NCBI GenBank assembly: GCA_951406725.2
Contig: OX597840.1
Span: 35,588,001 to 35,652,000 of the forward strand
Length of the DNA: 64,000 nucleotides
Direction: 5' to 3'
Source: Octopus vulgaris
Taxonomy: Eukaryota
Each line of letters begins with the position of its first letter. The stretch's first letter is position 1. Shown here in pieces: positions 13,312-26,692 of the stretch. Below the pieces are notes generated by a model. It did not search any database. It was given only the letters and a program-made list of their open reading frames with translations, and was not told the DNA's origin. Position numbers and translations under genes: made by a program.

Positions 13312-13879
13312 CGAGGGTGAGTCAAAAGGTAATGCCATTTTGTTTAGGACAGGTATAATTACCAACACAGGAACATGTATCATACATCAAAATGAAGCTG
13401 GTCCTCTGTGGATCACATCCCTACTTCTCAACATAGTCACCATTCCTCTCAATAGCAATGTTCCACCTTCCAATGAGAGCATGTATCCCTGCCCCGTAAA
13501 ATTCTGTTGACTGTTCTTTGAGCCACTTCTTCACTACAGTTTCCACTTCCTCATCACTGGAATAATTTAGCGCCTTCAGATTATCATCTCTTCAGGACCA
13601 TGAAAGAAGGTTTGAGAGACAAACATTATTCCAGTGACGAGGAAGTGAAAACTGTAGTGAAGAACTGGCTCAAAGAACAGTCAACAGAATTTTACGGGGC
13701 AGGGATACATGCTCTCATTCAAAGGTGGAACCTTGCTATTGAGAGAAACGGTGACTATGTTGAGAAGTAGGGATGCGATCCACAGAGGACCAGCTTCATT
13801 TTGATGTATGATACATGTTCCTGTGTTGGTAATTATACCTGTCCTAAACAAAATGGCATTACCTTTTGACTCACCCTCA
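13312..13879. mobile_element. Mariner-derived foldback MITE with about 255-bp inverted arms and TA TSD
   Basis: TA|CGAGGGTGAGTCAAAAGG..CCTTTTGACTCACCCTCA|TA; 13567-13770 encodes LAPSDYHLFRTMKEGL..RWNLAIERNGDYVEK* (mariner transposase C-terminus). Confidence 0.92.
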
Positions 13880-14183
13880 TAGATACACACACACAAACAC
13901 ACACATGTATACAGATACACAGATATACGTGATAAAAATACATACGTGGATATGATATACAGACAGCCGGCTGTGCAGATGGGCAGAGAGATAGATAGAG
14001 GGCTAAGATGTTAAGATGTAATTCAAGGAAGAATTTGCTGCTGTTTCTAGCACACCATGCGACCTGGTATAGGTTCCATCAGTGGTTTGGTGTGGAGCGG
14101 TATGGAAAATATGAGGGGAGGGGGAGTTAGCAGAATTTAATACCTTCCAGTTTAAAGAGGCCAAACTATGGCAGTGTGAGTAG

Positions 14184-14272
<89 letters not shown>

Positions 14273-14353
14273 AGTGCGTGTGTGTGTGTGAGCGTGTGTA
14301 TGTGTGTGTGTTTGTGTGTGTGTGTGTGTGAGTGCGTGTGTGAGTGCGTATGT

Positions 14354-14414
<61 letters not shown>

Positions 14415-14889
14415 TGTGTGTGTGTAAAAAGATATGAGTGATTGAGAACATAAAAATGCGTGGGTTTGTGCATGTGTGTGTGTGTGTATCTGTGTGTGTG
14501 TGTGTGGTACATATGTGAATGAAAGTATATGAATGTGTGTAATTTGTTAATGTGTTTGTGTGTGTATGAAAGTGTGTGTGTCCCAACCCCATGAGTATGT
14601 GCATGTATGTATGTGTTTGCGTGTGTATTTCTGCATGCGTGTGTTTGTGTGTGTATGTGGGTATGTAAGTGTGTATGTGTCAATGTACATGTGTGTGTGA
14701 ACATCTGTGAGTGTGTGTTTGTGTGTGTGTGTGTACATGTATATGAATGAGTCTGTGGGACTGTGTGTGTGTGTGTGTGTGCATGTGTGTGTGTCTGTGT
14801 GTGCACATGTATCTCTCCATGTATGTGTGTTTCTGTGCTCACGTATGTTTCTTCATGTACATGTGGGGGCATGTGTGTGCATCTGAGTA

Positions 14890-15826
14890 TGAGGGGTTGC
14901 TTAAAAGTTCCTGGGTTTAAGAGTGTTGCGAAAGGCCTGGTTAGAGGCCCAAACTTCCGAGTTCTTTAACAGGGCTTAGAAAAACTGAAGGACCTTGGCA
15001 ATAAGTGTGTGAATCTGAGAGGGGAATATGTTAAATAAAATCATAATTATCTAACCATTCTGTTTTTTTCTTTTACCCAAAGCAAGGAACTTTTCAGAAC
15101 CCCTCATATGTATATATAAAATATATATATGAGGGGTTACTGAAAAGTTCCTGACTTTAAGGGTGTCGCGAAATGCTTGGTTAGGGGCCCAAACTTCCGA
15201 GTTCTTTTACAGGGCTTATAAAAACTGAAGGACCACTGCAATAAGCATATGAATCTGAAAGGGGGACATGTTGAGTAAAATCATAATTAATTGACCCTCT
15301 TGTATTTTCTTTTACCCAAAACCAGGAACTTTTCAGAACCCTCTTGTGTATATATAAAATATATATATGAGGGGTTACTGAAAAGTCCCTGGTTTTAAGG
15401 GTATCACAAAAGGCCTGGTTGGAGACCCAACCTTCCGAGTTCTTTTACAGGGCTTAGAAAAACTGAAGGACCACTGCAATAAGTTTGTGAATCTGAGAGG
15501 AGAATATGTTGGATAAAATCATAATTAACTGATCCTCCTTTTTTTTCTTTTACCCAAAACCAGGAACTTTTCAGCCTCACCCCTCATATGTATATATAAA
15601 ATATAGATATGAGGGGGTACAGAAAATTCCCTGGTTTTAAGGGTGTCGTTATATGCCTGGTTCGAGGCCAGACCTTCTGAGTTCTTTTACAGGGCTCAGA
15701 AAAACCGAAGGGCCACTGTAATAAGTTTGTGAATGTGAGAGGGGATTATGTTGGATAAAATCATAATTAACCGATCCCCTTGGATTTTCTTTTACTCAAA
15801 GCCAGGAACCTTTTAGCACCCCTTCG
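14890..15826 (+). mobile_element. Four tandem mariner-derived MITEs (period about 240 bp)
   Basis: Each unit runs TGAGGGG..AAAAGTTCCTGG to CCAGGAACTTTT..CCCTCA with TA flanks; remnant QGLEKLKDHCNKFVNLRGEYVG*. Confidence 0.85.
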
Positions 15827-16477
15827 TATGATGTGTGTGTGTATGAAAGTATGAGCATGTGTAGGAGTGTGTATGTGAAAATGTACGTATGTGTGTCAGT
15901 ATCTGTGTGTGTGTGTGTGTGTGTAAGCATGTGTGTGAATAAGACTATATGCGTGTGTATATATGTGTGTATATGTACTCGTGAATAAGAATGTAAATGC
16001 ATGTGTGTGTGTGTGTATGTGTATCATATGTGCATATGTACGTGGTTGTATGTGTGGCTAGATATGTACGGTTGGGTGGGGGGTGAAGAGGAGGGTGAAG
16101 GGGAGGGTGGGATAGACAGAATTCTGTGAAAGGAAATCTGGGATTTTCCTTACACACACACACACACACACACACATACACACGTACACGCACACACACA
16201 CATTCCAACACACGACTCACTGTGACCCAAAACAATCTTCCACACCCACCCACCCCACCCTGCCAACCTCACTCTCAGCCCCTTCCCCCCACACACCCCC
16301 ACACACCACACCACCCCACCCGACTTATGCTTCTTTCACCCTCTCACGCATCCACCCAGGAAAGAAAAGCTGGGATTTTCTCTTCCCCCCATCCCATACA
16401 CACGTCCCCCACACGTCCCCCACCACACACATACTGACACAAATTCCAACACACAACCCACAACATTCTCTGCAAAA

Positions 16478-16980
16478 CACCACCACCACCACCACCACCA
16501 CCGCCGCCGCCGCCACCAGCACTACCACCATCACCATCATCATTATCACCATTATCACCATCATCACTACCACCACCACCACTACCACCACCACCACCGC
16601 CGCCGCCGCCTCTACCCTCATCACCAGCACTACCACCATCACCATCATCATTATCACCATCATCACCACCACCGCCTCTACCCTCATCACCACCACCACC
16701 ACCACCACCATCATTATCACTACTACCACCACCACTATCCTTGCCACCACCATCACTACCACTACCACCATCACCACCACCACCACCACCACTACCATTA
16801 TTACCACCACCACCACCACCAAGATCTCCAGCATCATCATCACCATCATGACCATCACCACCACTACCAGTATCCTTGCCGCCACCATCACTACCAACTA
16901 CACCACGGGAGGCACCCCGCCAACATCACCACTCCTCCCACCACCACTGCTGCCACCGCCACCACCACCACCACCACCAC
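16478..16980. repeat. (CAC/CAT)n trinucleotide low-complexity tract
   Basis: Direct reading. Confidence 0.9.
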
Positions 16981-17419
16981 CGATGTTCCCTCCTCCCACC
17001 ACCCCTTTCCTTACTCCTGCTGCCCAGCCACAGATGAAATGAAGAAGAAGAGGAAGAAAACAAAAACCTGCTGTGGATGGAAGCGAGGATGGAGGACGGG
17101 AGGATGAAGAAGAAGAAGAAATGAGTGAACAAAGCACAACAGACCAGGGGTGGGGCAGAGGACACAGGCCTTACTCGCCTTCCCTCCATCCCGCTCCCCC
17201 ACCTGCCCTCCACTCACCCACCCCGAATCCCCACACCCATACCCCTTACACTCCACCCACGCAAAGGCAATGGAGGAGGTGGTGGTGGAGGAGGAAGATG
17301 GAGGGAGGGAGGAAGGGTGAGAGGGAATGGTGGGGAAATTCTTATGACAAGTCTGTTGAAAAATATTTCAAAAATATAACAGTTAACTTACAGTCAGAAT
17401 GGTGCCGAGGTAGACATAG

Positions 17420-17480
<61 letters not shown>

Positions 17481-17524
17481 CCGAAGTAAACACATAAATG
17501 TAATGTATGTATATATAATGTATG

Positions 17525-17606
<82 letters not shown>

Positions 17607-17742
17607 CATGTATATAAATACACATATATATGTGTGTGTGTGTGTATGTGTGTGTATGTGTGTGTATGTGTGTGTATGTATGTATGTATGTATGTGTGAA
17701 TGTATGTATGTATGGATATAAATATGCAGATATATGTATATA

Positions 17743-17961
17743 TATTTCTTTACTAGCCACAGAGGAGACAAACAAGGACAGACAAAGGGATTAAGTCAAT
17801 TACATCGACCCCAGTGCGTAACTGGTACTTAATTTATCGACCCCAGAAGGATGAAAGGCAAAGTCGACCTTGGCGGAATTTGAACTCGGGACGTAATGGC
17901 AGACGAAATACTGCTACGCATTTCGCCCGGTGGGCTAACGTTTCTGCCAGCTCGCCACCTT
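17743..17961 (-). mobile_element. SINE A
   Basis: Family match. Confidence 0.85.
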
Positions 17962-17987
17962 ATATATGTATATGTGTATGTATATAT

Positions 17988-18040
<53 letters not shown>

Positions 18041-18639
18041 CACAAACTTAGAAGTGTTGAATAGGCTGGTATTTTACAGAAAATAAAAAATAAAGTAAAA
18101 TTTTGAATGTGTGATGGCTGTGAAAACAGCCTAGAGGATTGGGTAGATACCCCAGAAGATGAAAAGAAGTTGCTAGCAGGCAGCTACAGAGAATTAAACC
18201 ATGTACCTCTGAAATAGTGGATAGAGTGTCCAAGGTAAATTAGATGAATCTTCCGTTGCCTTTTCTTTTTTCAGGAAGAGCTTGATGTATTGATGAACTG
18301 TCAATGGTGTTGGAGAGCATTAAGATTAAAGGTGTAGTCTAGAAACAGCTAGCTGAGATGGAAAACCTGGAGTTATCTGAATATCGGAAAAGGGTTCCTT
18401 GTATTGTGATGGTTTGTGCTGGGTGTCGTCAAAATGCCAACGTCTTTATTGCTGCTCAATGTTCTGTGAACAATGTCATGGATACAAAACATGTCATGGA
18501 CAGCTAGGATGGAGATATGAAGCTATTACAAGCAGGAAGAGACACAGGAGGTGTCCTGACTATGTCCACATACCTGGTTGTTGTCTACACCACCCGTCTT
18601 TCTCTTTTGCTTTTTGTGAATTCTCCCTCTATATATATA

Positions 18640-18799
18640 GTGGCTGTGTGGTAAGTAGCTTGTTTACCAACCACATGGTTCCGGGTTCAGTCCCACTGTG
18701 TGGCACCTTGGGCAAGTGTCTTCTACTATAGCCTCGGGCTGACCAAAGCCTTGTGAGTAGATTTGGTAGACGGAAACTAAAAGAAGCCCGTCGTATATA

Positions 18800-18862
<63 letters not shown>

Positions 18863-19085
18863 TTGTGTGTCTGTGTTTGTCCCCCTAGCATCGCTTGACA
18901 ACCGATGCTGGTGTGTTTACGTCCCTGTAACTTAGCGGTTCGGCAAAAAGGACCGATAGAATAAGTACTGGGCTTACAAAAAGAATAAGTCCCGGGGTCG
19001 AGTTGCTCGACTAAAGGCGGTGCTCCAGCATGGCCGCAGTCAAATGACTGAGACAAGTAAAAGAGTAAAAGAGAGAGTAAAAAGA
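18640..19085 (+). mobile_element. SINE B full copy
   Basis: Family match with internal (TA)n(TG)n. Confidence 0.85.
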
Positions 19086-19093
19086 GTATATAT

Positions 19094-19252
19094 AGGGAGA
19101 GTTTATGAAAAAAACAAAAGACGAAGAATGGTGGTGTACAAAACAAACAGATGTATTAGTATAACGCCCAGGAATAGAAAAAGTCTTTTACGTTTCGAGC
19201 CTATGCTCTTCTACAGAAAGGAACACAGAAAGAAACAAAGAGAGAAAAAAAT
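19094..19252 (-). mobile_element. Hammerhead-bearing short element (family F)
   Basis: Minus strand CTTT CTGTAGA A GAGC atag GCTC GAAA CG TA AAAG at 19185-19220; same family as 10225-10400. Confidence 0.7.
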
Positions 19253-19253
19253 G

Positions 19254-19666
19254 CGAGCTGGTAGAAACGTTAGCACGCCAGGCGAAATTCGTAGCCGTAT
19301 TTCGTCTGTCGTTACGTTCCGAGTTCAAATTCCGTGGAGGTTGACTTTGCCTTTCATCCTTTTGGGATCGATAAATTAAGTACCAGTTACGCACTGGGGT
19401 TGATGTAATTGACTTAATCCATCTGTCTGTCCTTGTTTGTCCTCACTGTGTTTAGCCCCTTGTGGGTAATAAAGAAATAGGCATTTCGTCTGCCGTTACG
19501 TTCTGAGTTCAAATTCCGCTGAGGTTGACTTTACCTTTCATCCTTTCGGGGTCGATAAATTAAGTACCAGTTACGCACTGGAGTCGATGTAATCGACTTA
19601 ATCTGTTTGTCTGTCCTTGTTTTTCCCCTCTGTGTTTAGCCCTTTGTGGGTATTAAAGAAACAGGT
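19254..19666 (+). mobile_element. SINE A head-to-tail dimer
   Basis: Tail AAGAAATAGG rejoins internal ATTTCGTCTGCC. Confidence 0.85.
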
Positions 19667-20204
19667 AATAGTTTATTGCTAAAAATAGGTGTTACAAACT
19701 ATTGATATGATTTGTGGGTGAATAAAAAACGCTTCTATATCATTTTAACGAACGAATATGCTGCTGAGTAAAATAAATTAAATAATCAGATAGATTTTCA
19801 AATATATTGACTAATAGTCCGTGTATTGTAGCTGATGTAGTCATGTGTCGTAGCTTCTCGGAGCTGATTTGTAAGCGTGTGCTACAGCCCCAATCCCTAG
19901 GGGGTCCATTATAGATTTTTATTGAAATCCAATTTGCATATAATTCAACTAGGAATGAATAATTAACAAAATCGGATTTAATGTGGAAAATTATTTCAAT
20001 ATAACAAATTTGAAAATTTTGATAATTTTAAAATCTTACAAAATGTGACAGCAACAGGGAAGACCGGATAAAAGTAGAGAGACAGACAGTTATAGGACGT
20101 GACACACAGACACACAAATTTACAAATGTACGCACAGGTAATCATGAATTTAAAATGGCGCATAGTAGACAAATGTGTGTATGTATATATGTATCTATAT
20201 ATAA

Positions 20205-20254
<50 letters not shown>

Positions 20255-20256
<2 letters not shown>

Positions 20257-23200
20257 AGGCACATGGCCTACTGGTTGCAGCAGCGGAATTGCGGTTGAGG
20301 GATCACGGGTTCGAATCTCAGACCGGGCGATGTATGTGTTTATGAGCGAAACAACTAAGCTCCACCTGTCTCCGGCAGAAGGTAATGGTGAACTTCTGCT
20401 GACTCTTTCGCCACAACTTTCTCTCACTCTTTCCTCCTGCATCTTTCAGCTCATCAAGGGTTCGAATCTCAGACCGGGCGATGTGTGTGTTTATGAGCGA
20501 AACAACTAAGCTCCACGCGGCTCTGACAGAAGGTAAAAGCGAACTTCTGCTGACTCTTTTGCCACAACTTTCTCTCACTCTTTCCTCCTGCATCTTTCAG
20601 CTCATCAAGGGTTCGAATCTCAGACTGGGCGATGTGTGTGTTTATGAGTGAAACACCTAAGCTCCACGCGGCTCTGACAGAAGGTAAAAGCGAACTTCTG
20701 CTGACTCTTTTGCCACAACTTTCTCTCACTCTTTCCTCCTGCATCTTTCAGCTCATCAAGGGTTCGAATCTCAGACTGGGCGATGTGTGTGTTTATGAGC
20801 GAAACACCTAAGCTCCACGCGGCTCTGGCAGAAGGTAATGGTGAACTTCTGCTGACTCTTTTGCCAAAACTTTCTCTCACTCTTTCCTCCTGCATCTTTC
20901 AGCTCATCAAGGGTTCGAATCTCAGACTGGGCGATGTGTGTGTTTATGAGTGAAACACCTAAGCTCCACGCGGCTCTGGCAGAAGGTAATGGTGAACTTC
21001 TGCTGACTCTTTTGCCAAAACTTTCTCTCACTCTTTCCTCCTGCATCTTTCAGCTCATCAAGGGTTCGAATCTCAGACAGGGCGATGTGTGTGTTTATGA
21101 GCGAAACACCTGAGCTCCACGCGGCTCTGGCAGAAGGCAATGGTGAACTTCTGCTGACTCTTTTGCCACAACTTTCTCTCACTCTTTCCTCCTGCATCTT
21201 TCAGCTCATCAAGGGTTCGAATCTCAGACCGGGCGATGTGTGTGTTTATGAGTGAAACACCTAAGCTCCACACGGCTCTGGCAGAAGGTAATGGTGAACT
21301 TCTGCTGACTCTTTTGCCACAACTTTCTCTCACTCTTTCCTCCTGCATCTTTCAGCTCATCAAGGGTTCGAATCTCAGACTGGGCGATGTGTGTGTTTAT
21401 GAGCGAAACACCTAAGCTCCACACGGCTCTGGCAGAAGGTAATGGCGAACTTCTGCTGACTCTTTCGCCACAACTTTCTCTCACTCTTTCCTCCTGCATC
21501 TTTCAGCTCATCAAGTGTTCGAATCTCAGACCGGACGATGTGTGTGTTTATGAGCGAAACACCTAAGCTCCACACGGCTCTGGCAGAAGGTAATGGTGAA
21601 CTTCTGCTGACTCTTTTGCCACAACTTTCTCTCACTCTTTCCTCCTGCATCTTTCAGCTCATCAAGGGTTCGAATCTCAGACCGGACGATGTGTGTGTTT
21701 ATGAGCGAAACACCTAAGCTCCACACGGCTCCGGCAGAAGGTAATGGTGAACTTCTGCTGACTCTTTTGCCACAACTTTCTCTCACTCTTTCCTCCTGCA
21801 TCTTTCAGCTCATCAAGGGTTCGAATCTCAGACCGGACGATGTGTGTGTTTATGAGCGAAACACCTAAGCTCCACGCGGCTCCGGCAGAAGGTAATGGTG
21901 AACTTCTGCTGACTCTTTCACCACAACTTTCTCTCACTCTTTCCTCCTGCATCTTTCAGCTCATCAAGGGTTCGAATCTCAGACCGGGCGATGTGTGTGT
22001 TTATGAGCGAAACACCTAAGCTCCACGCGGCTCCGGCAGAAGGTAATGGTGAACTTCTGCTGACTCTTTTGCCACAACTTTCTCTCACTCTTTCCTCCTG
22101 CATCTTTCAGCTCATCAAGGGTTCGAATCTCAGACCGGACGATGTCTGTGTTTATGAGCGAAACACCTAAGCTCCACGCGGCTCCGGCAGAAGGTAATGG
22201 TGAACTTCTGCTGACTCTTTTGCCACAACTTTCTCTCACTCTTTCCTCCTGCATCTTTCAGCTCATCAAGGGTTCGAATCTCAGACCGGACGATGTCTGT
22301 GTTTATGAGCGAAACACCTAAGCTCCACGCGGCTCCGGCAGAAGGTAATGGTGAACTTCTGCTGACTCTTTTGCCACAACTTTCTCTCACTCTTTCCTCC
22401 TGCATCTTTCAGCTCATCAAGGGTTCGAATCTCAGACCGGGCGATGTGTGTGTTTATGAGCGAAACACCTAAGCTCCACGCGGCTCTGGCAGAAGGTAAT
22501 GGTGAACTTCTGCTGACTCTTTTACCACAACTTTCTCTCGCTCTTTCCTCCTGCATCTTTCAGCTCATCAAGGGTTCGAATCTCAGACCGGACGATGTGT
22601 GTGTTTATGAGCAAAACACCTAAGCTCCATGCGGCTCCGGCAGAAGGTAATGGTGAACTTCTGCTGACTCTTTTGCCACAACTTTCTCTCGCTCTTTCCT
22701 CCTGCATCTTTCAGCTCACCAAGGGTTCGAATCTCAGACCGGGCGATGTGTGTGTTTATGAGTGAAACACCTAAGCTCCACCTGTCTCCGGCAGAAGGTA
22801 ATGGTGAACTTCTGCTGACTCTTTTGCCACAACTTTCTCTCACTCTTTCCTCCTGCATCTTTCAGCTCATCAAGGGTTCGAATCTCAGACCGGGCGATGT
22901 GTGTGTTTATGAGCGAAACACCTAAGCTCCATGCGGCTCCGGCAGAAGGTAATGGTGAACTTCTGCTGACTCTTTTGCCACAACTTTCTCTCACTCTTTC
23001 CTCCTGCATCTTTCAGCTCATCAAGGGTTCGAATCTCAGACCGGGCGATGTGTGTGTTTATGAGCGAAACACCTAAGCTCCACGCGGCTCCGACAGAAGG
23101 TAATGGTGAACTTCTGCTGACTCTTTTGCCACAACTTTCTCTCGCTCTTTCCTCCTGCATCTTTCAGCTCACCAAGGGTTCGAATCTCAGACCGGGCGAT

Positions 23201-24962
23201 GTGTGTGTTTATGAGCGAAACACCTAAGCTCCACGCGGCTCTGGCAGAAGGTAATGGTGAACTTCTGCTGACTCTTTTGCCACAACTTTCTCTCGCTCTT
23301 TCCTCCTGCATCTTTCAGCTCATCAAGGGTTCGAATCTCAGACCGGGCGATGTGTGTGTTTATGAGCGAAACACCTAAGCTCCACGCGGCTCTGGCAGAA
23401 GGTAATGGTGAACTTCTGCTGACTCTTTGCCACAACTTTCTCTCGCTCTTTCCTCCTGCATCTTTCAGCTCACCAAGGGTTCGAATCTCAGACCGGGCGA
23501 TGTGTGTGTTTATGAGCGAAACACCTAAGCTCCACACGGCTCTGGCAGAAGGTAATGGTGAACTTCTGCTGACTCTTTTGCCACAACTTTCTCTCACTCT
23601 TTCCTCCTGCATCTTTCAGCTCACCAAGGGTTCGAATCTCAGACCGGGCGATGTGTGTGTTTATGAGCGAAACACCTAAGCTCCACGCGGCTCTGGCAGA
23701 AGGTAATGGTGAACTTCTGCTGACTCTTTTGCCACAACTTTCTCTCGCTCTTTCCTCCTGCATCTTTCAGCTCACCAAGGGTTCGAATCTCAGACCGGGC
23801 GATGTGTGTGTTTATGAGCGAAACACCTAAGCTCCACGCGGCTCTGGCAGAAGGTAATGGTGAACTCTGCTGACTCTTTTGCCACAACTTTCTCTCGCTC
23901 TTTCCTCCTGCATCTTTCAGCTCACCAAGGGTTCGAATCTCAGACCGGGCGATGTGTGTGTTTATGAGCGAAACACCTAAGCTCCACGCGGCTCTGGCAG
24001 AAGGTAATGGTGAACTTCTGCTGACTCTTTTGCCACAACTTTCTCTCGCTCTTTCCTCCTGCATCTTTCAGCTCATCAAGGGTTCGAATCTCAGACCGGG
24101 CGATGTGTGTGTTTATGAGCGAAACACCTAAGCTCCACGCGGCTCTGGCAGAAGGTAATGGTGAACTTCTGCTGACTCTTTCGCCACAACTTTCTCTCAC
24201 TCTTTCCTCCTGCATCTTTCAGCTCATCAAGGGTTCGAATCTCAGACCGGGCGATGTGTGTGTTTATGAGCGAAACACCTAAGCTCCACACGGCTCCGGC
24301 AGAAGGTAATGGTGAACTTCTGCTGACTCTTTGCCACAACTTTCTCTCACTCTTTCCTCCTGCATCTTTCAGCTCATCAAGGGTTCGAATCTCAGACCGG
24401 GCGATGTGTGTGTTTATGAGCGAAACACCTAAGCTCCACCTGTCTCCGGCAGAAGGAAATGGTGAACTTCTGCTGACTCTTTTGCCACAACTTTCTCTCA
24501 CTCTTTCCTCCTGCATCTTTCAGCTCATCAAGGGTTCGAATCTCAGACCGGGCGATGTGTGTGTTTATGAGCGAAACACCTAAGCTCCACACGGCTCTGA
24601 CAGAAGGTAATGGTGAACTTCTGCTGACTCTTTTGCCACAACTTTCTCTCACTCTTTCCTCCTGCATCTTTCAGCTCATCAAGGGTTCGAATCTCAGACC
24701 GGGCGATGTGTGTGTTTATGAGCGAAACACCTAAGCTCCACACGGCTCCGGCAGAAGGTAATGGTGAACTTCTGCTGACTCTTTTGCCACAACTTTCTCT
24801 CACTCTTTCCTCCTGCATCTTTCAGCTCACCAAGGGTTCGAATCTCAGACCGGGGGATGTGTGTGTTTATGAGCGAAACACCTAAGCTCCACGTGGCTCT
24901 GACAGAAGGTAATGGTGAACTTCTGCTGACTCTTTTGCCACAACTTTCTCTCACTTTTTCCT
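20255..24962 (+). repeat. SINE-derived satellite: one tRNA-like head plus 31 x 151-bp units
   Basis: Unit starts GGGTTCGAATC at 20307, 20458, 20609 ... 24834 (three units are 150 bp); homologous to SINE D copies at 25314-25614 and 27794-28162. Confidence 0.97.
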
Positions 24963-24995
24963 GCCTTCGTATATACGAAGGCCCATGACCTAGTG

Positions 24996-25224
24996 CAGGG
25001 GTTCTCAACCATTTCTTATCTTTTTTTACCTATGGACCCCTTTCATTACTATTTTATTCTGGTGGACCCCAATTCGTATCGATAAATACATTTAAAGCAA
25101 CATTTTTCAGGGGTCTTAAAATACTTATGAGGATCCTTAATTTACTATTTTCTTAAGTGGACCCCACCCAAAATCTTATATGGACCCTCACAGGGCCCAT
25201 ATGCACCTCAGTTGAGAACAACTG
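24996..25224. mobile_element. hAT-like MITE
   Basis: TIRs CAGGGGTTCTCAAC / GTTGAGAACAACTG; internal TGGACCCC motifs; TSD not evident. Confidence 0.65.
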
Positions 25225-25313
25225 GACCAAACCTTTAAAGGCGATGCTCCTGCATGGCCACAGTTGCAAGATCCAAACGAGTAAAAGATAAAAGATTATA
25301 GAAAATTTTTTTT

Positions 25314-25614
25314 ATGTGCCCTTTTCAAACCTAACCAGTCTCATGGGCCCGGTTTCCCAGTTTCTGTGGCATATGTGTTCCCCAGCTGGACGGGATGCCA
25401 GTCCATCGCAGTGTTACCCAAGAAACAGGAAGAAAGAGTGAGAGAAAGTTGGGGTGAAAGGGTACAACAGGGGTCGCCACTATTCCCTGCTGAAGCCTTG
25501 TGGCACTTTAGGTGTTTTCGCTCAACAAACACACACAACGCCCGGTCTGGGAATCGAAACCGTGATACTCTGACCGCGAGTCCGCTGCCCTAACCACTGG
25601 GCCATTGCGCCTCC
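25314..25614 (-). mobile_element. SINE D (tRNA head) with V-domain-like tail
   Basis: TGGCCCAGTGG A box, GGTTTCGATTCC B box; CTGCGATGGACTGGCATCCCGTCCAG. Confidence 0.8.
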
Positions 25615-25979
25615 ACTCCCTAAAAGATAATTACGAATTACTTAACACACAAAAATAAAAACTGCAATCATTTTCAAATTATTTTTAAAATTCTTCGTTA
25701 AAATATGGAATTATTAGCAGCAGATGGAAAAATATGAATCATAAGAACTACAACAGATTCTTTGAGATATGCCAAACCGAAAATTGGAAGAAATTTTTGA
25801 GATGTTTCTTGTATTTGTTGGAATTTGTATCATCAAAAAATTTGAAGAAGGAATGTAGTATATTTGGTTTTTGCTTTTATTTTGGAGGTCAAGGATATTC
25901 TTCTTCTTCTTGCTGTTTTTGGTAAGGTTCCTCATTTATTCAAAGGGTTTTTCAAACCCAACATTTACATGGTATTAAA

Positions 25980-26275
25980 TTTGCCTTTCATCCTTTCGGG
26001 GTCGATTAAATAAGTACCAGTTACGCACTGGGGTCGATATAATCGACTTAATCCGTTTGTCTGTTCTTGTTTGTCCTCTCTGTGTTTAGCCCCTTGTGGG
26101 TAGTAAAGAAATAGGTATTAAATCTATACCTTTATCTTCTGTCGGGGTCGACTTTGTCTTTCATCCCTCTGGAATTGGTAAAATGAAGGGACAGTCAAGG
26201 ATTGGTGACGATGTAATTGACTAATCCCTATCCTTAAAAACTGGTGACCTTGTGCCAAAATTTGAAGCAATTATT
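25980..26275 (+). mobile_element. Two SINE A 3' fragments
   Basis: Family match. Confidence 0.75.
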
Positions 26276-26692
26276 GATAACTTCATTACTGAATTTCATA
26301 ATTCCCAAAAAGAATTACACACACAATTACACATCTATGTATCATACTTAATGTATAAACATCATTGAAAGGCAAATGTGGTATTCATCCAGAGATAATA
26401 TCTCTTATGGACGTACTGTGTTTATGAACAGAATGTATATCAGAGGCTGAAGAAAATCATCCTAGCAGTGACTGGTGAGAACACTCGATGAATAGATGAA
26501 TTTCTGCATCATTGGGCTGCGTCAATAGCATGTACTCACAGCCAACTACAAGCCCAGATGAAGTCTGTTGCCACCAGTTGAAGAAAACAGTAGATGAGCA
26601 GTCACTGCTGTTGCAAATGGCTGCCTCGCTGAATAAAAATTCGTTATATGCAACAGAAACAGTATTAAATTAAAATAGTCATCTGTATATCA

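Noticed and set aside
17020-17340. Acidic/purine-rich ORF MDGSEDGGREDEEEEE
   Set aside because: Low-complexity purine tract running into microsatellite; no recognisable domain
18275-18331. Plus-strand exon EELDVLMNCQWCWRALRLK
   Set aside because: Good acceptor but poor donor (GTGTAG), with no partner exons or homology
20255-20330. tRNA gene
   Set aside because: A and B boxes are present but there is no acceptor stem or full cloverleaf, and it runs into a SINE body
20307-24962. CRISPR array, or a tandem family of 91-aa genes (MQEERVRESCG..)
   Set aside because: Units are repeated in full with no unique spacers and no cas genes; the ORFs simply recur with the 151-bp period, shift frame each unit and derive from a SINE
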